Source: Octopus vulgaris (taxonomy: Eukaryota). Taken from it: a DNA stretch of 64,000 bases. Position 1 is the first letter of the stretch. Every line of letters begins with the position of its first letter. The stretch covers positions 141,236,001 to 141,300,000 of the forward strand of contig OX597816.1 of the NCBI GenBank assembly GCA_951406725.2. The letters are read 5' to 3'. A program made the translations under genes and the position numbers. The notes under the pieces were generated by a model, which was not told where the DNA came from, made no database searches, and saw only the letters and a program-made list of their open reading frames with translations. This document shows positions 53,015-64,000 of the stretch, in pieces.

Positions 53015-53473
53015 TAATACTTAAATTATGCGGCTGAAATTTTGGAGTAAAATTATAGAGAACATTGAAAGTTCCGTGCATGTACGTGCTTGCCATGTTA
53101 TATAAGTAAAAGTATATTAAAAAACTGTCAATAACTTCAGAAGTTGGAAATAAGAAAAATATATGGTTGGATATTGACTCTTTGATATTGTGACGAACTG
53201 AAAATTTCTTCCCATCATTCCTAAAACATAAATTAAATATGCTAACCCGGACTGACTTTCCGTTCAGGTTAGCACAGAGTAACATATTCTATTCCCAAAA
53301 TATTTATTGCTTCAGTGACATGTTGTTCGTGTGACGACTCTTTAGCCGAACCTCTGCAGTCAAGTATAACTAGTTGCCGTGTATTCTCTCGTCTTATTAC
53401 CGCATGTTTAATTGGATTTACAGTAAACAATTGTTATATTGTAATATTAAGACATCGATAGTGTTGTTATAGA

Positions 53474-53641
53474 ATGGCAGAAGATAATTGCGATAATAAC
53501 AATGACAACGATATCATGAGAATAAAATCCTTATACAGCAACAGATTAGGTGACAACGGTAAAAACAAAACGAAGGTCTACTGCACCAGATGCCCGAGTC
53601 TTATTTTGAATCCAGGAAGTGGTAATTATGTGAGGGAAAAA
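53474..53641 (+). CDS. RABIF: RABIF/MSS4 (Rab-interacting factor, Zn-binding GEF/chaperone) coding exon 1
   Basis: MAEDN...GKNKTKVYCTRCPSLILNPGSGNYVREK contains the MSS4 N-x-x-x-V-x-CxxC-S-IL motif. Donor AAA|gtgagt, phase 0. Confidence 0.93.
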
Positions 53642-55844
53642 GTGAGTATTAAGGAACATTTAATGTTCAGTTTTTGTATTTTTTGTATCACTGGTCCATT
53701 GTCATTTTAAAATGTTCTATAGTATATGTTAAACTTCTAAATATCCATATTTAAAACCATCAGGGGCGTATACCAACCAAGTTATCCTTGCTCTGTTGCG
53801 CACCGACAAAAAAATTTCAAGGTTTTACACTTCAAAAAATTCACTTTTTGTAACTAAATAGTTTGTATGCATTTTATTACTAGTTATCTTAAATTTTATT
53901 ATATATGTTTTAATTGTCAAACCATGCTGTCACTGATAATTTTGGTAATTTTGTCGTCACCTCATATCAAACAGCATACTGTCAAGTATGCTATTATTAA
54001 AACGTTTAAGGCGGCGAACTGGCAAAATCGTTACCGCACCGGACAAAATGCTTAGCGTCACACTTTCTGGCTTTATGTTTTGAGTTCAAATGCCGCCGAT
54101 GTCAACTTTGGCTTTCATCCTTCAGGGTCGATAAAATAAGTTCTAGACAAATATAGGGGAAGGGGTGTTTGATGTAGTCGAAATCTCAATGTCTACAACA
54201 AGAACCAAGTTACAAACGTACTACTGTGATGTGATTATGATTTTGTAGTATCCAGGGAGATTCATAAACCAATATTAATAACACGCACATTAGTTAAATC
54301 TGACGAATTGATCATTTGTTTAACTTGTTGGTTAAACAGTCAATTGTTTGTTGTTTTTTATTCATCAAAAAGAAATCACTGAAATAGTTGCGAATGGCAA
54401 TGAAAGAACTTTGATGAATACAACAAAATTTGTTTCAATACACGAATTCACATAAAAAAACCCTTGCAAACCAAATACAAAAATGAAGTGATGATGATGT
54501 TGAATTCTAAACTCATCATCATTTAATGTTTGTTTTCCATGTTGGCATGGATTGGAGCTGAAGAGCTGTCCAGGATCCATGTCTGTTTTGGCATGGTTTC
54601 TATGACTCGATGCCCTTCCTAACACCAACCACTTTACAGAATGTACTGGGTGCTTTTATGCAGCACCAGCATGGGTATGTTTATGTGGTACCAGTATAGG
54701 TGCTTTTTACGTGGCACCAGTACCCATGAGCCTGCAAGATTAGAGGTGTTCAGCCGGGGAGGGATGCAGAGAAAATTGCTTGTATGCAAGGACAACCATG
54801 CTTTTACTTAGCTTGATGCGTCTTCTCAAGCACAGCAAACTGCCAAGAGTCTCAGATCCCTGTCATCCGCTCTGTGAGGCTCAATATCTGAAGATCCTTT
54901 CTCACCAATTCATCCCTTGTCTTCCTGGGTCTACCTCTTACACATGTTCCCTCTACGTTTAGAGATTGGTCACATCTTGACACAACTGTCTTCGTTCATT
55001 ACATGTCTGTACCAGCATAGTCTTCTATCTTGCACACATTGAAAAGAAAATGTAGTGAACATTTGATCATCATCATCGTTTAACGGCCACTTTCCATGCT
55101 AGCATAGATTGGATGATTTGACTGAGGACTGGTGAACCAGATGGCTGCACCAGGCTCTAATCTGATCTGGCAGAGTTTCTACAGCTGAATGCCCTTCCTA
55201 ATGCCAACCACTCTGAGAGTGTAGTGGGTGCTTTTACGTGCCACCAGCATGAGGGCCAGTTAGGCGGTACTGGCAATGGCCACGCTCAAGTGGTGCTTTT
55301 TTACGTGCCACTGGCACAACTGCCAATAAGGCGATGCTGGTAATGATCACATTTGAATGGTGCTTTTTATGTGCCACTGGCATGGAAGCCAGTCAGCTGC
55401 TCTGGTAGCGATCATGTTCGGATGGTGCTCTTAGTGCTCCACTGGCAAGGGTGCTAGTCATCGAAATTGCGAATTCGATTTGATTTCTATTTCACTTTCC
55501 TCAACAGGTCTTCGCAAGTAGAGTTTAGTGTCCACTGAAGGAAAGGTATGCATAAGTGGGCTGGTTACACCCCTGGCATAGGCCACGGGTTGTGGTCTCA
55601 CTTGGCTTGCCGGGTCTTCTCACGCACTGCATATTTCCAAAGGTCTCGGTCACTAGTCATTGTCTTGGTGAGGCTTAATGTTCGAAGGTCGTGCTTCACC
55701 ACCTCATCCCAGGTCTTCCTGGGTCTACCTCTTCCACAGGTTCCTTCAACTGCTTATATAAATGTACATGTGCAAACAAACAAACAAATTTAAGAAAAAA
55801 ATTACTTGTTAGATTTTGAAATGAATATTATTGTTATTTTACAG

Positions 55845-56126
55845 TTTCTCCTGCCATTAGAAAAAATTTCAAAGGAAGAAAAGGATGGAAATGGAAGTAG
55901 TGATGTCACAGAAGTATATGATAAAGAAGATAAACTTATTGATTGCTGGAGGATTGATAACATGTTCAACTTTGAAAATATTGGATTTTCAAATACTGTT
56001 GGGTATTTCAAGTACCTGATATGTGCTGATTGTGAGTCTGGCCCTGTCGGGTGGAATGATCTCAGTAAAGGACAAACTTGCTATCTTTCATGGGACCATA
56101 TAAGACATTCTAAGCCAGATGACTAA
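55845..56126 (+). CDS. RABIF: RABIF/MSS4 coding exon 2 (terminal)
   Basis: Acceptor ttgttattttacag. Encodes FLLP...WRIDNMFNFENIGFSNTVGYFKYLICADCESGPVGW...KPDD*, with the hallmark FEN-GF and KYL-CADCE-GP-GW motifs. Total 149 aa. Confidence 0.95.
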   Translation, partial: FLLPLEKISKEEKDGNGSSDVTEVYDKEDKLIDCWRIDNMFNFENIGFSNTVGYFKYLICADCESGPVGWNDLSKGQTCYLSWDHIRHSKPDD

Positions 56127-57604
56127 ATTTAATTCTGAGAACTATATTTTAACTGTAAAAGGTAATTAATCTCTTGAAATGTTGCAGGAGCATTCTCTCT
56201 CCCTCCCCCTATCTCTCTTGCTTTCTTGTCCTCTCCCAAGCCCTAATACTTTTGGTAGAACTTTGGACAAAAAAAAAAAAATCAGTAACAAAAATCAGTT
56301 GTGTTAATCATCCTTGACCATAACTCCATGTCATAACAACCTAATTCAATTCAGAGAAGTGGCTGAGGTAGTGAACTACCAAATTTCCTGGTCTCAAGTT
56401 CAGCTTGACTACTGGTATCTTGTATTTGTATGCAAGACAAATCAACATACTTCAGTTTATTTAGTTGTTAAATAGCAGATCTTGGGTCTTACCTGAGATA
56501 AGCTGCTACTCTATCCCAGTGATGATTTAACCCTCATTTGATTAAATACCAGAAGACCAGAGCTAAGCACTGGACTTATAAACCCATACAGACTGTAGAA
56601 AACACTGTTTCTTCAACTGGGTTATTAGAGTGGTAACTTATAGCTGTAGTAAGTTATGGATATAAGTTATAGCTGGGGTTAATCATAAGGATGTCACACT
56701 GCCACCACATTCTTTAAATATCGCTTGGTAGGTAACTAAATCAAGGAATATGTTTTTATCCACATAAAGAACTTGAAACTAGTTCCTATTGAAAAGTAGA
56801 ATCAATCTGAGGCAGTTGTCAAGAGTTCAATTATTACTACAGCTAATGTATAGCAAGACGCACACAAACATCGCTTGCTTCATTTTGTATATCTGATATA
56901 TAAATTCATAATTGAATGGTTAATAATAGAAAGGGCATTCAATTTCAAAGCTTATTTTCCAGCTGTGTGTATATGTTTAAATTTAAAAAAAAGAAAAAAA
57001 AAACCCCTCAAAAATGAAAAACAAAATGATAGATTTCTCATCCATGCCAATATGGTGCAGGGGATGTTAAGAAAGCTATCAAATACAAATCTTTAGACAG
57101 AGCATGTATTTCTCTTCATTATGTGACTCATTTATGCTGAATTGAAATCTCAACATTTTTAATGGCTTTAGATAAAAAAACAAACAAAGAAACAACTTTC
57201 AAAGCCTTTTCTAGGTGAAACCTAATGCTCCTCATGTTGCCCATAATTTTGTGTCTGACAAATGTAAAAGTAGGGACCAAAGAAAATGTTTTGTCACTGG
57301 TTGAGATAGTTTTATTCCTTATGGGGATAGTTTTGTTTCTTGTAAGAACAATTTTTGTAGCTTGTGGGAATACTTTTGTCAGTTGAAGGGACATTTATCT
57401 CTTATGTGGCCACTAAAATTCTAATGCTTTTATAAAGGTTTCAGTTAGAGAGGAGATATGAAATTTTGTAAAATTGCATTCTTCTGCTAATTGAATGTTA
57501 AGAGGTTGTTTACTGCTGTGAAATAAACCAAGCAGAAAAGGTGAATTATTGATGAGTGATTGTTTATAAAAATCTGTAAGCACTATTTATGAAGTTGAAA
57601 TGTC

Positions 57605-57638
<34 letters not shown>

Positions 57639-57871
57639 AATATTTTAGAAGGTAGATTGTTATGGCTGGTCAGAGATTGACCTTTGGTTTTGCACCTATA
57701 AAGCACTTAGCCACATAGGTGACTCATTAGACACAAATGGCTGGAGAATGGTCTCCCTCTGACTGGTCATAACAATCAACCTTCTAAAAAATATATTACC
57801 GCTCTAATGTTCTAGAGTATGCTTCTTTTTTAGGTATATGAACCACTGGCAATATATATATATATACATAT

Positions 57872-58286
57872 AATGTTGTTGACAGTGACTCCGAAGTTTT
57901 GGCCAGCTATGTATTAGAGTTAGTTTTGCCTTTATACAGTCTCTGTTGAGTTAAAATCATCTTTGGGTGTGTGGGTTTGAGTGGGGTGGTAATTAGGTTT
58001 TTGGGAAAATTATGGGAAAATTTGTATTGATTAAATTTGAGATTATGTTATTGTTTAGAATTTATTCATGCATGTACAACTTTGTAAGTAAGCTCCAAAT
58101 TTAATCAATAAAAATTTTCCCAAAACACCTTTCCATAAAAACCTAATTACCACCCCACTCAAACACACATACCTAAAGGTGATTTTAACTCAACAGAGAT
58201 TATATAAAGGCAAAACTAATTCTAATGCATTGTTTTCTGACAATGGCTTAGTTGGCCAAAACTTTAGAGTCACTGCCAACAACATT
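57872..58286. repeat. Long imperfect inverted repeat (Penelope-like)
   Basis: About 170-190 bp arms (aatgttgttgacagtgactc... / ...gagtcactgccaacaacatt). The right arm carries CTGACAA-TGGC..GGCC-AAAAC-TTTAGA-GTC. Confidence 0.75.
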
Positions 58287-58384
58287 CTTGTATAAGAATA
58301 AGTTTGTACTCTGCAGAAGTATTGAGTAACCTGTCAGATTAATGTAAAATTGCTTTAATTATTGAACATAAAAACAAACAATAT

Positions 58385-59080
58385 ATATATATCGTTAGTG
58401 CCTGTGTTTCTTCATGCATCAGGGATCTGATGTTCCAAAAGCCAAAGAAATGTGTTCTTCCGTGTTGCATTAGCATCCCAGTTTGCTGATTTAACACTCG
58501 CCTCACTGGGGGCAGCGAGCACGTCGGCTCCCATGGACGCTGTAGTAGGGTTTGTCGTTGAAGAAGGTGCGATGTACATGAATGTTTGAAGGATCTTGGG
58601 AATAGGAAGTTCGCTAGCGGTCCCCAGCCGCAAGTATATCCCTGTTGGGAGAGCATCTTGTTTGCCGTAGATTTTCCACATGCAGGGACAGGACGGGTTG
58701 AAGCCACCGGTTGCCGGATCAGACGCTTCTGTTCACCACAGCCCCGTTAGCCGGGTGCGGCCCTGATACTGCTGGGTGCCAGAACAATCCGCCTTGGGTG
58801 GCCCTACCAGAAACCAAAGTCTCCGACGGCATAGCTCTGACACTCCCGTTTCACCCCCTTACCATGATGAGGAGGGGTTGTACTTTAGGTGCTGTGCACT
58901 GAGTCAATCCCACTCACTAAGCAACAGCCATAATCCGAAAAGAAGAAAAAGTCAACATCATCGGTAACCACTGAGCCTTAGGTTTTATGTCAGAGTTATC
59001 CCAGTTACCTGAGTTGCCTTCTCCTAGAAGGATGCCTAACAAAGGTTAGGGGTCCTTCACTCCCAATGGAGTATTCAGTT
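58385..59080 (-). mobile_element. 5' region of an RTE-like LINE (5' UTR and start of AP endonuclease)
   Basis: FGFWNIRSL resembles the APE N-terminal (I/V)GTWNVRTL motif. GC-richer upstream UTR with ggagaaggcaactc. Confidence 0.6.
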
Positions 59081-59303
59081 CAATTATTTCTATGTCCTCG
59101 CGCATGATACAGCCTTAAGCTGGATAAGATTGATAGAAGGAGGAAAAAAAAAAAGACGATATATAAACATCCACCCTCGACCAGCAGAGATCATGAAAAC
59201 CTATTGTTTCCTTTAAACTCACCATGTAAATGAACAGAAAAAAAAATCCTGACACGCTGGCAGAAAGCACATAGCCTCTTTAATGCTGGAGGTAAATATA
59301 TAC

Positions 59304-59533
59304 ATTTCTTTACTACCCACAAGGGGCTAAACACAGAGGGGACAAACAAGGACAGACATAGGTATTAAGTCGATTACATCGACTCCTGTGCGTAACTGGT
59401 ACTTAATTTATCGACCCCGAAAGGATGAAAGGCAAAGTCGACCTCGGCGGAATTTGAACTCAGAACGTAACGGCAGACGAAATACGGCTACGCATTTCGC
59501 TCGGCGTGCTAACGTTTCTGCCAGCTCACCGCT
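59304..59533 (-). mobile_element. Young tRNA-derived SINE (family B)
   Basis: Minus strand head gagctggcagaaacgttagcacg...gagttcaaattccgccgagg, CpG intact. Other copies at about 23900-24125, 48890-49100, 50290-50440, 63790-64000 (-) and 37390-37570, 54008-54180 (+). Confidence 0.88.
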
Positions 59534-59601
59534 GGTTTGGTGATGTATAAAACTACAATATAAAAGAAAAACCTTTTGAGTGAGTTACCTACCCTTATAC
59601 C

Positions 59602-59810
59602 TATTTCTTTACTACCCACAAGGGGCTAAACACAGAGGACAAACTGATTAAGTCGATTATATCGACCCCAATGCATAACTGGTACTTAATTTATCGACCC
59701 CGAAAGGATGAAAGGCAAAGTCGACCTCGGCGGGATTTGAACTCAGAACGTAACCGCAGACGAAATACGGCTACGCATTTAGCCCGGCGTGCTAACGATT
59801 CTGCCACCTC
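59602..59810 (-). mobile_element. Young SINE (family B) with 15-bp TSD
   Basis: Flanked by ACCTACCCTTATACC at 59587-59601 and 59811-59825. Confidence 0.88.
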
Positions 59811-62615
59811 ACCTACCCTTATACCATTCCAGCCATAGCTGAACTGAGTCAGCTGTGCCTATTATTCTCTTATTCTTTTACTTGTTTCAGTCATTTGACT
59901 GCAGCCATGCTGGAGCACTGCCTTTAGTCGAGCAAATCGACCCCAGGACTTTTTCTTTGTAAGCCTAGTACTTATTCTATTGGTCTTTCTCGCCAAACCG
60001 CTAAGTTACGGGGACGTAAACACACCATCGGTTGTCAAACAATGTTGGGAGGACAAACACAGACACACAAATATATATATAAATATATACATGTTCAAAA
60101 CGACATGTGAGTGTAGTGGGTGCTTTTTACAAGATAAGTCTGAGTATATATTTATGTATATGTGTGTATATATCTCCAAACCATGCCATCATGGAACATC
60201 ATCATCATCGTTTAACGTCCGCTTTCCATGCTAGCATGGGTTGGACGGTTCAATTGGGGTCTGGGAAACCAGAAGGCTGCACCAGGCCCAGTCTGATCTG
60301 GCAATGTTTCTACGGCTGGATGCCCTTCCTAACGCCAACCACTCCATGAGTGTAGTGGGTGCTTTTTACAAAATAAGTCTGAGTATATATTTATGTATAT
60401 GTGTATATATCTCCAAACGTCTGCTTTCCATGCTAGCATGGGTTGGACGATTTTGACTGAGGGCTGGCAAACCTGTTTAGTTTCTATATTGCCATGGCAT
60501 ATAACCAATCAGAAAGTTACCATTGGTTACACATCTACTGCTGCACATGGCAATATAGAAACTAAACCGACACGCTGGCTGGAAGCACATAGCCTCTTTA
60601 ATGCTGGAGGTAAATATATAGTTTGTGTCAGTTTGGTGGTGAATAAAACTACAATATAAAAGAAAATCCTTTTCAGTGAGTTACCTACCCTTATACCATT
60701 CCAGCCATAGCTGAACTGTGCCTGCATTCTTTTACTTGTTTCGTTCATTTGACTGCAGCCATGCTGGAGCACTGTCTTTAGTCGAGAAAATCGACCCCAG
60801 GACTTATTCTTTGTAAGCCTAGTTTCTGTCTATCAAATCTACTTTGGTTGGCTGAGGTTACAGATGAAGACACTTGCCCAAGGTGCCACGCACTGAGACT
60901 GAACCCAAAACTATGTGATTGGGAAGCAAACTTCTTACCACACAGTCATGCTCGTATTTTCCTTTACTCATCAAATTATAGTAATTTAAGTTGAATATCA
61001 GCTGCCAATATCTCTGGAACATCACTGGTGCTGGTGACATGTGAAAAGCACCCAATAACCCCTATAAAGTGGCTAGTATTAGAAAGGGCACCCAGCCCTA
61101 AATGCCACGCCAAAACAGAAAGTAAAAGTAGAGCTTGAAACAGTCCTCTGGCTTGCCAGTTCCTGTCAAACTGTCCAACCCATGCCAACATGGAAAAAAG
61201 GACATTAAATACTGCTGATGAGGATGATTAATTTTGTAAGTCTCAGAATGCCTATGAAAATTATGAGTATATCCTCTCCATCCTGAGGAAGTCATTAGGA
61301 AAACTTACATGTGTATGCATATCTTAGAGAATAGCTATAACTTAATTTGTTGTATGTGTAGATGTTTGTTTAAAATAGTAAGAGCATGGTGTCAGGGCCA
61401 GCCCTAGGGTTGCTGGCGCCCCAGGCAAGCTGAATTTCAGCGTGTACAAGCTGACGATCGTGGAAATTTCCTTGTCCTTGTCACGCCCTCCTTGGAGACC
61501 CTTAGCACATAGCGCCACAGGAAAAAAGAAAAGGAAAAGAACATCGAAATTGTTGCAATGAATTAAAGATATTTTTTTTAAAGTGATTTTTGCAACAGTC
61601 TCGCAGGAGTTTTCCCCCTTGGATTAAAAGCTGTTATTTCTCTGCATATTTGTGTCGGTACATTATGTTGTACCGGCAGATTTCGTCCGTAATTTGTTGT
61701 TGAAACTATGATAAATGTACTGTCAACATGTTGACCTGGTACTTCCACTTCATAATAACCTATTATAGTCAACATGCATGTGTTATATTTACTTTGTTGC
61801 AGTCGTAAACATGTTTTGTGGTATTTTGTTCCTCTCGACGTTCTTGAATTCGAATTTTGCTTTAGTTAATTTTGTCTTTGAACTCCTTGGCATCAGCAAT
61901 ATAAATACCACTAAATTACTGGGAATCAATAAAATTGACTCACCCTTTTGTCGAAAACTGCGACCATGAATTACGTCACACGAAACAAAGACCAGGTAAG
62001 AAACAATAGTTTTAACAACACATGTATCATCATCATCGTTTAACGTCCGTTCTCCATGCTAGCATGGGTTGGACGGTTCGACCGGGGATCTGGGAAGCCA
62101 GAAGGCTGCACCAGGCTCCAGTCTTATCTGGCAATGTTTCTACAGCTGGATGCCCTTCCTAACGCCAACCACTCCGTGAGTGTAGTGGGTGCTTTTTACG
62201 TGCCCGGTACAGAAACCCCCACAAAAATAGACGATTAAGGAGGGAAGCAATACTTTATAGCTGAGCACAATGTTAAAATAAGCACACCAACTACTTACGG
62301 TAATCACAAACATAAATAAAATACCCCCTGACTAATGTTGTGTAGAGCTAATGTTAAAAAACTCAAATTCTGAGGTAACACCTTACCAATTACAGAGTAG
62401 TAGCAGCAATATATACCAACACCACTTCATTCAAAAGGTGATAGCATGAATATCTAAGTTCATGATGAATTTTCAAACTCTACATTTCTAAACAAACTAA
62501 GGAACTCATATAAAAAAAACAAACAAAAAAAACTAAATAGTTTCATGAAAAAATATTACTAGACCACAGTCCTGTTTTTAATACAGCATGTTTATAAGAA
62601 AAGCTGTCCCCACCA

Positions 62616-62647
<32 letters not shown>

Positions 62648-62705
62648 GTATAGACACACGCACACATACTTTTATATTGTTGAGTAGTATACTCCTGGTT
62701 ATGGG

Positions 62706-63116
62706 ATGTAACAAGACCAGCTAGAAAGTTACCATTGAACCAATGGTAACTTTCTGATGGGTTATATGCCATAATCAGGAATATACTACTTGGTAATATA
62801 AAAGTATAACTGCTCAAATTCTATTTTAGAGTGTGCTGTCTTTTCAGACTTGCAGCCAACTGACTGATAATGTGTGTGTGTGTGTCTATGTAACTCAATG
62901 AATGTGTTAAGTGCCCTTCTTTCATTTGTCCACCTACTCCTATATATGAATGAAAGAAAAAAGGTGTTCAGAATGCTGGATGGTTGTAAAAAAAATATTT
63001 ATTTACATATCACATATTATTTCTTCATATTAGCACTTTCAACTATATTGTTCAGCATTCTGAACACCTTTTTTCTTTCATATATATTAAATCTGTACAT
63101 CACCCCCAATACTTCT

Positions 63117-63160
<44 letters not shown>

Positions 63161-63451
63161 ACCATCCAGCATTCTGAACACCTTTTTTCTTTCATTCATA
63201 TATAGGAGTAGGTGGACAAATGAAAGAAGGGCACTTAACACATTCATTGAGTTACATAGACACACACACACACACACACACACACATTATCAGTCAGTTG
63301 GCTGCAAGTCTGAAAAGACAGCACACTCTAAAATAGAATTTGAGCAGTTATACTTTTATATTACCAAGTAGTATATTCCTGATTATGGCATATAACCCAT
63401 CAGAAAGTTACCATTGGTTCAATGGTAACTTTCTAGCTGGTCTTGTTACAT
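62706..63451. repeat. Near-perfect ~285-bp-arm inverted repeat
   Basis: 62706-62988 is the reverse complement of 63157-63451 apart from (CA)n length. The ORF track gives identical peptides on opposite strands (MSSYTFILPSSIF..., CVCLCNSMNVLSALL...). Confidence 0.95.
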
Positions 63452-64000
63452 ATATACACACACACACATGTGAATGGCTGGGTATTCCAAAAACACTTAT
63501 ACCCATAATTTCAAGCAGACTTAACATGACACTGTATGACAAGCACACCTTCCTTCACAACAAATCCCAAATGAAATCAATCCATCTGGTTTTTGCATAC
63601 TTTTTAATCTACCTGATTTGACTTACAAAACTGGAGTTGACTGGAAACAATAGTAGAAATTACCTTCACATGATGTTGCACAGAAGGTTTGAAACCAAAA
63701 TCTTGTGATTGCCAAGCAGACTTCTTAACCACATTAACATGGACCAATTATGTATACTATTGTAAACAACAGCAACAATTATGATAATCATTTCTCCTAT
63801 AGACACAAGGCCTGAGATTTTGGGGGATGGGGTAAGTCAATTACACTGACTCCAGTACATAACTGGTACTTATTTTATCGACTCTGAAAGGATGAAAAGC
63901 AAAGCAGACCTTGGTGGAATTTGAACTCAGAATGTAAAGACAGACAAAATACCACTAAGCATTTTGCCTGGTGCGCTAACAATTCTGCAAGCTCACCACC

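Larger units (their letters stand above)
59251..60825 (+). repeat. Local direct duplication (59251-~59970 vs 60570-~60825)
   Basis: Shared gacacgctggc..gcacatagcctctttaatgctggaggtaaatatata, aaaactacaatataaaagaaaa and attccagccatagctgaactg. The first copy carries two extra SINEs. Confidence 0.85.

Noticed and set aside
62874-63371. 165-aa ORF, the longest in the window
   Set aside because: It runs through a palindrome and TA/CA microsatellites, with low-complexity YIYI/HTHT translation; not a credible gene.

Overview
AT-rich, repeat-dense eukaryotic genomic DNA. The SINE/RTE repeat repertoire suggests an octopod cephalopod (inference from recalled repeat families, not a database result). Two intact spliced protein-coding genes can be assembled, in divergent orientation. 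FAM192A/PSME3IP1 (PIP30/NIP30) lies on the minus strand with 6 coding exons (29946-41111, 240 aa); its third coding intron is a textbook minor-spliceosome AT-AC intron. RABIF/MSS4 lies on the plus strand with 2 coding exons (53474-56126, 149 aa). Most other sequence is transposon-derived: RTE, CR1/L2-like and CRE-like LINE fragments, several tRNA-derived SINE families, mariner, piggyBac and pogo-like DNA elements and MITEs, a non-autonomous Helitron, and Penelope-like palindromes carrying degenerate minimal hammerhead motifs. The most unusual object is a complete non-coding LTR retroelement (15641-17617, GTTG target-site duplication) whose 274-bp interior carries four tandem 'LTR end + tRNA-Trp primer-binding site' units. 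Two chains of exon-like but frame-broken blocks (minus strand about 4.2-10.9 kb, plus strand about 17.7-26.5 kb) may be decayed genes or lncRNAs; these are low confidence. No rRNA, bona fide tRNA, CRISPR array or prokaryotic-type system is supported. All alignments were done by eye, so repeat boundaries are approximate unless terminal motifs are quoted.
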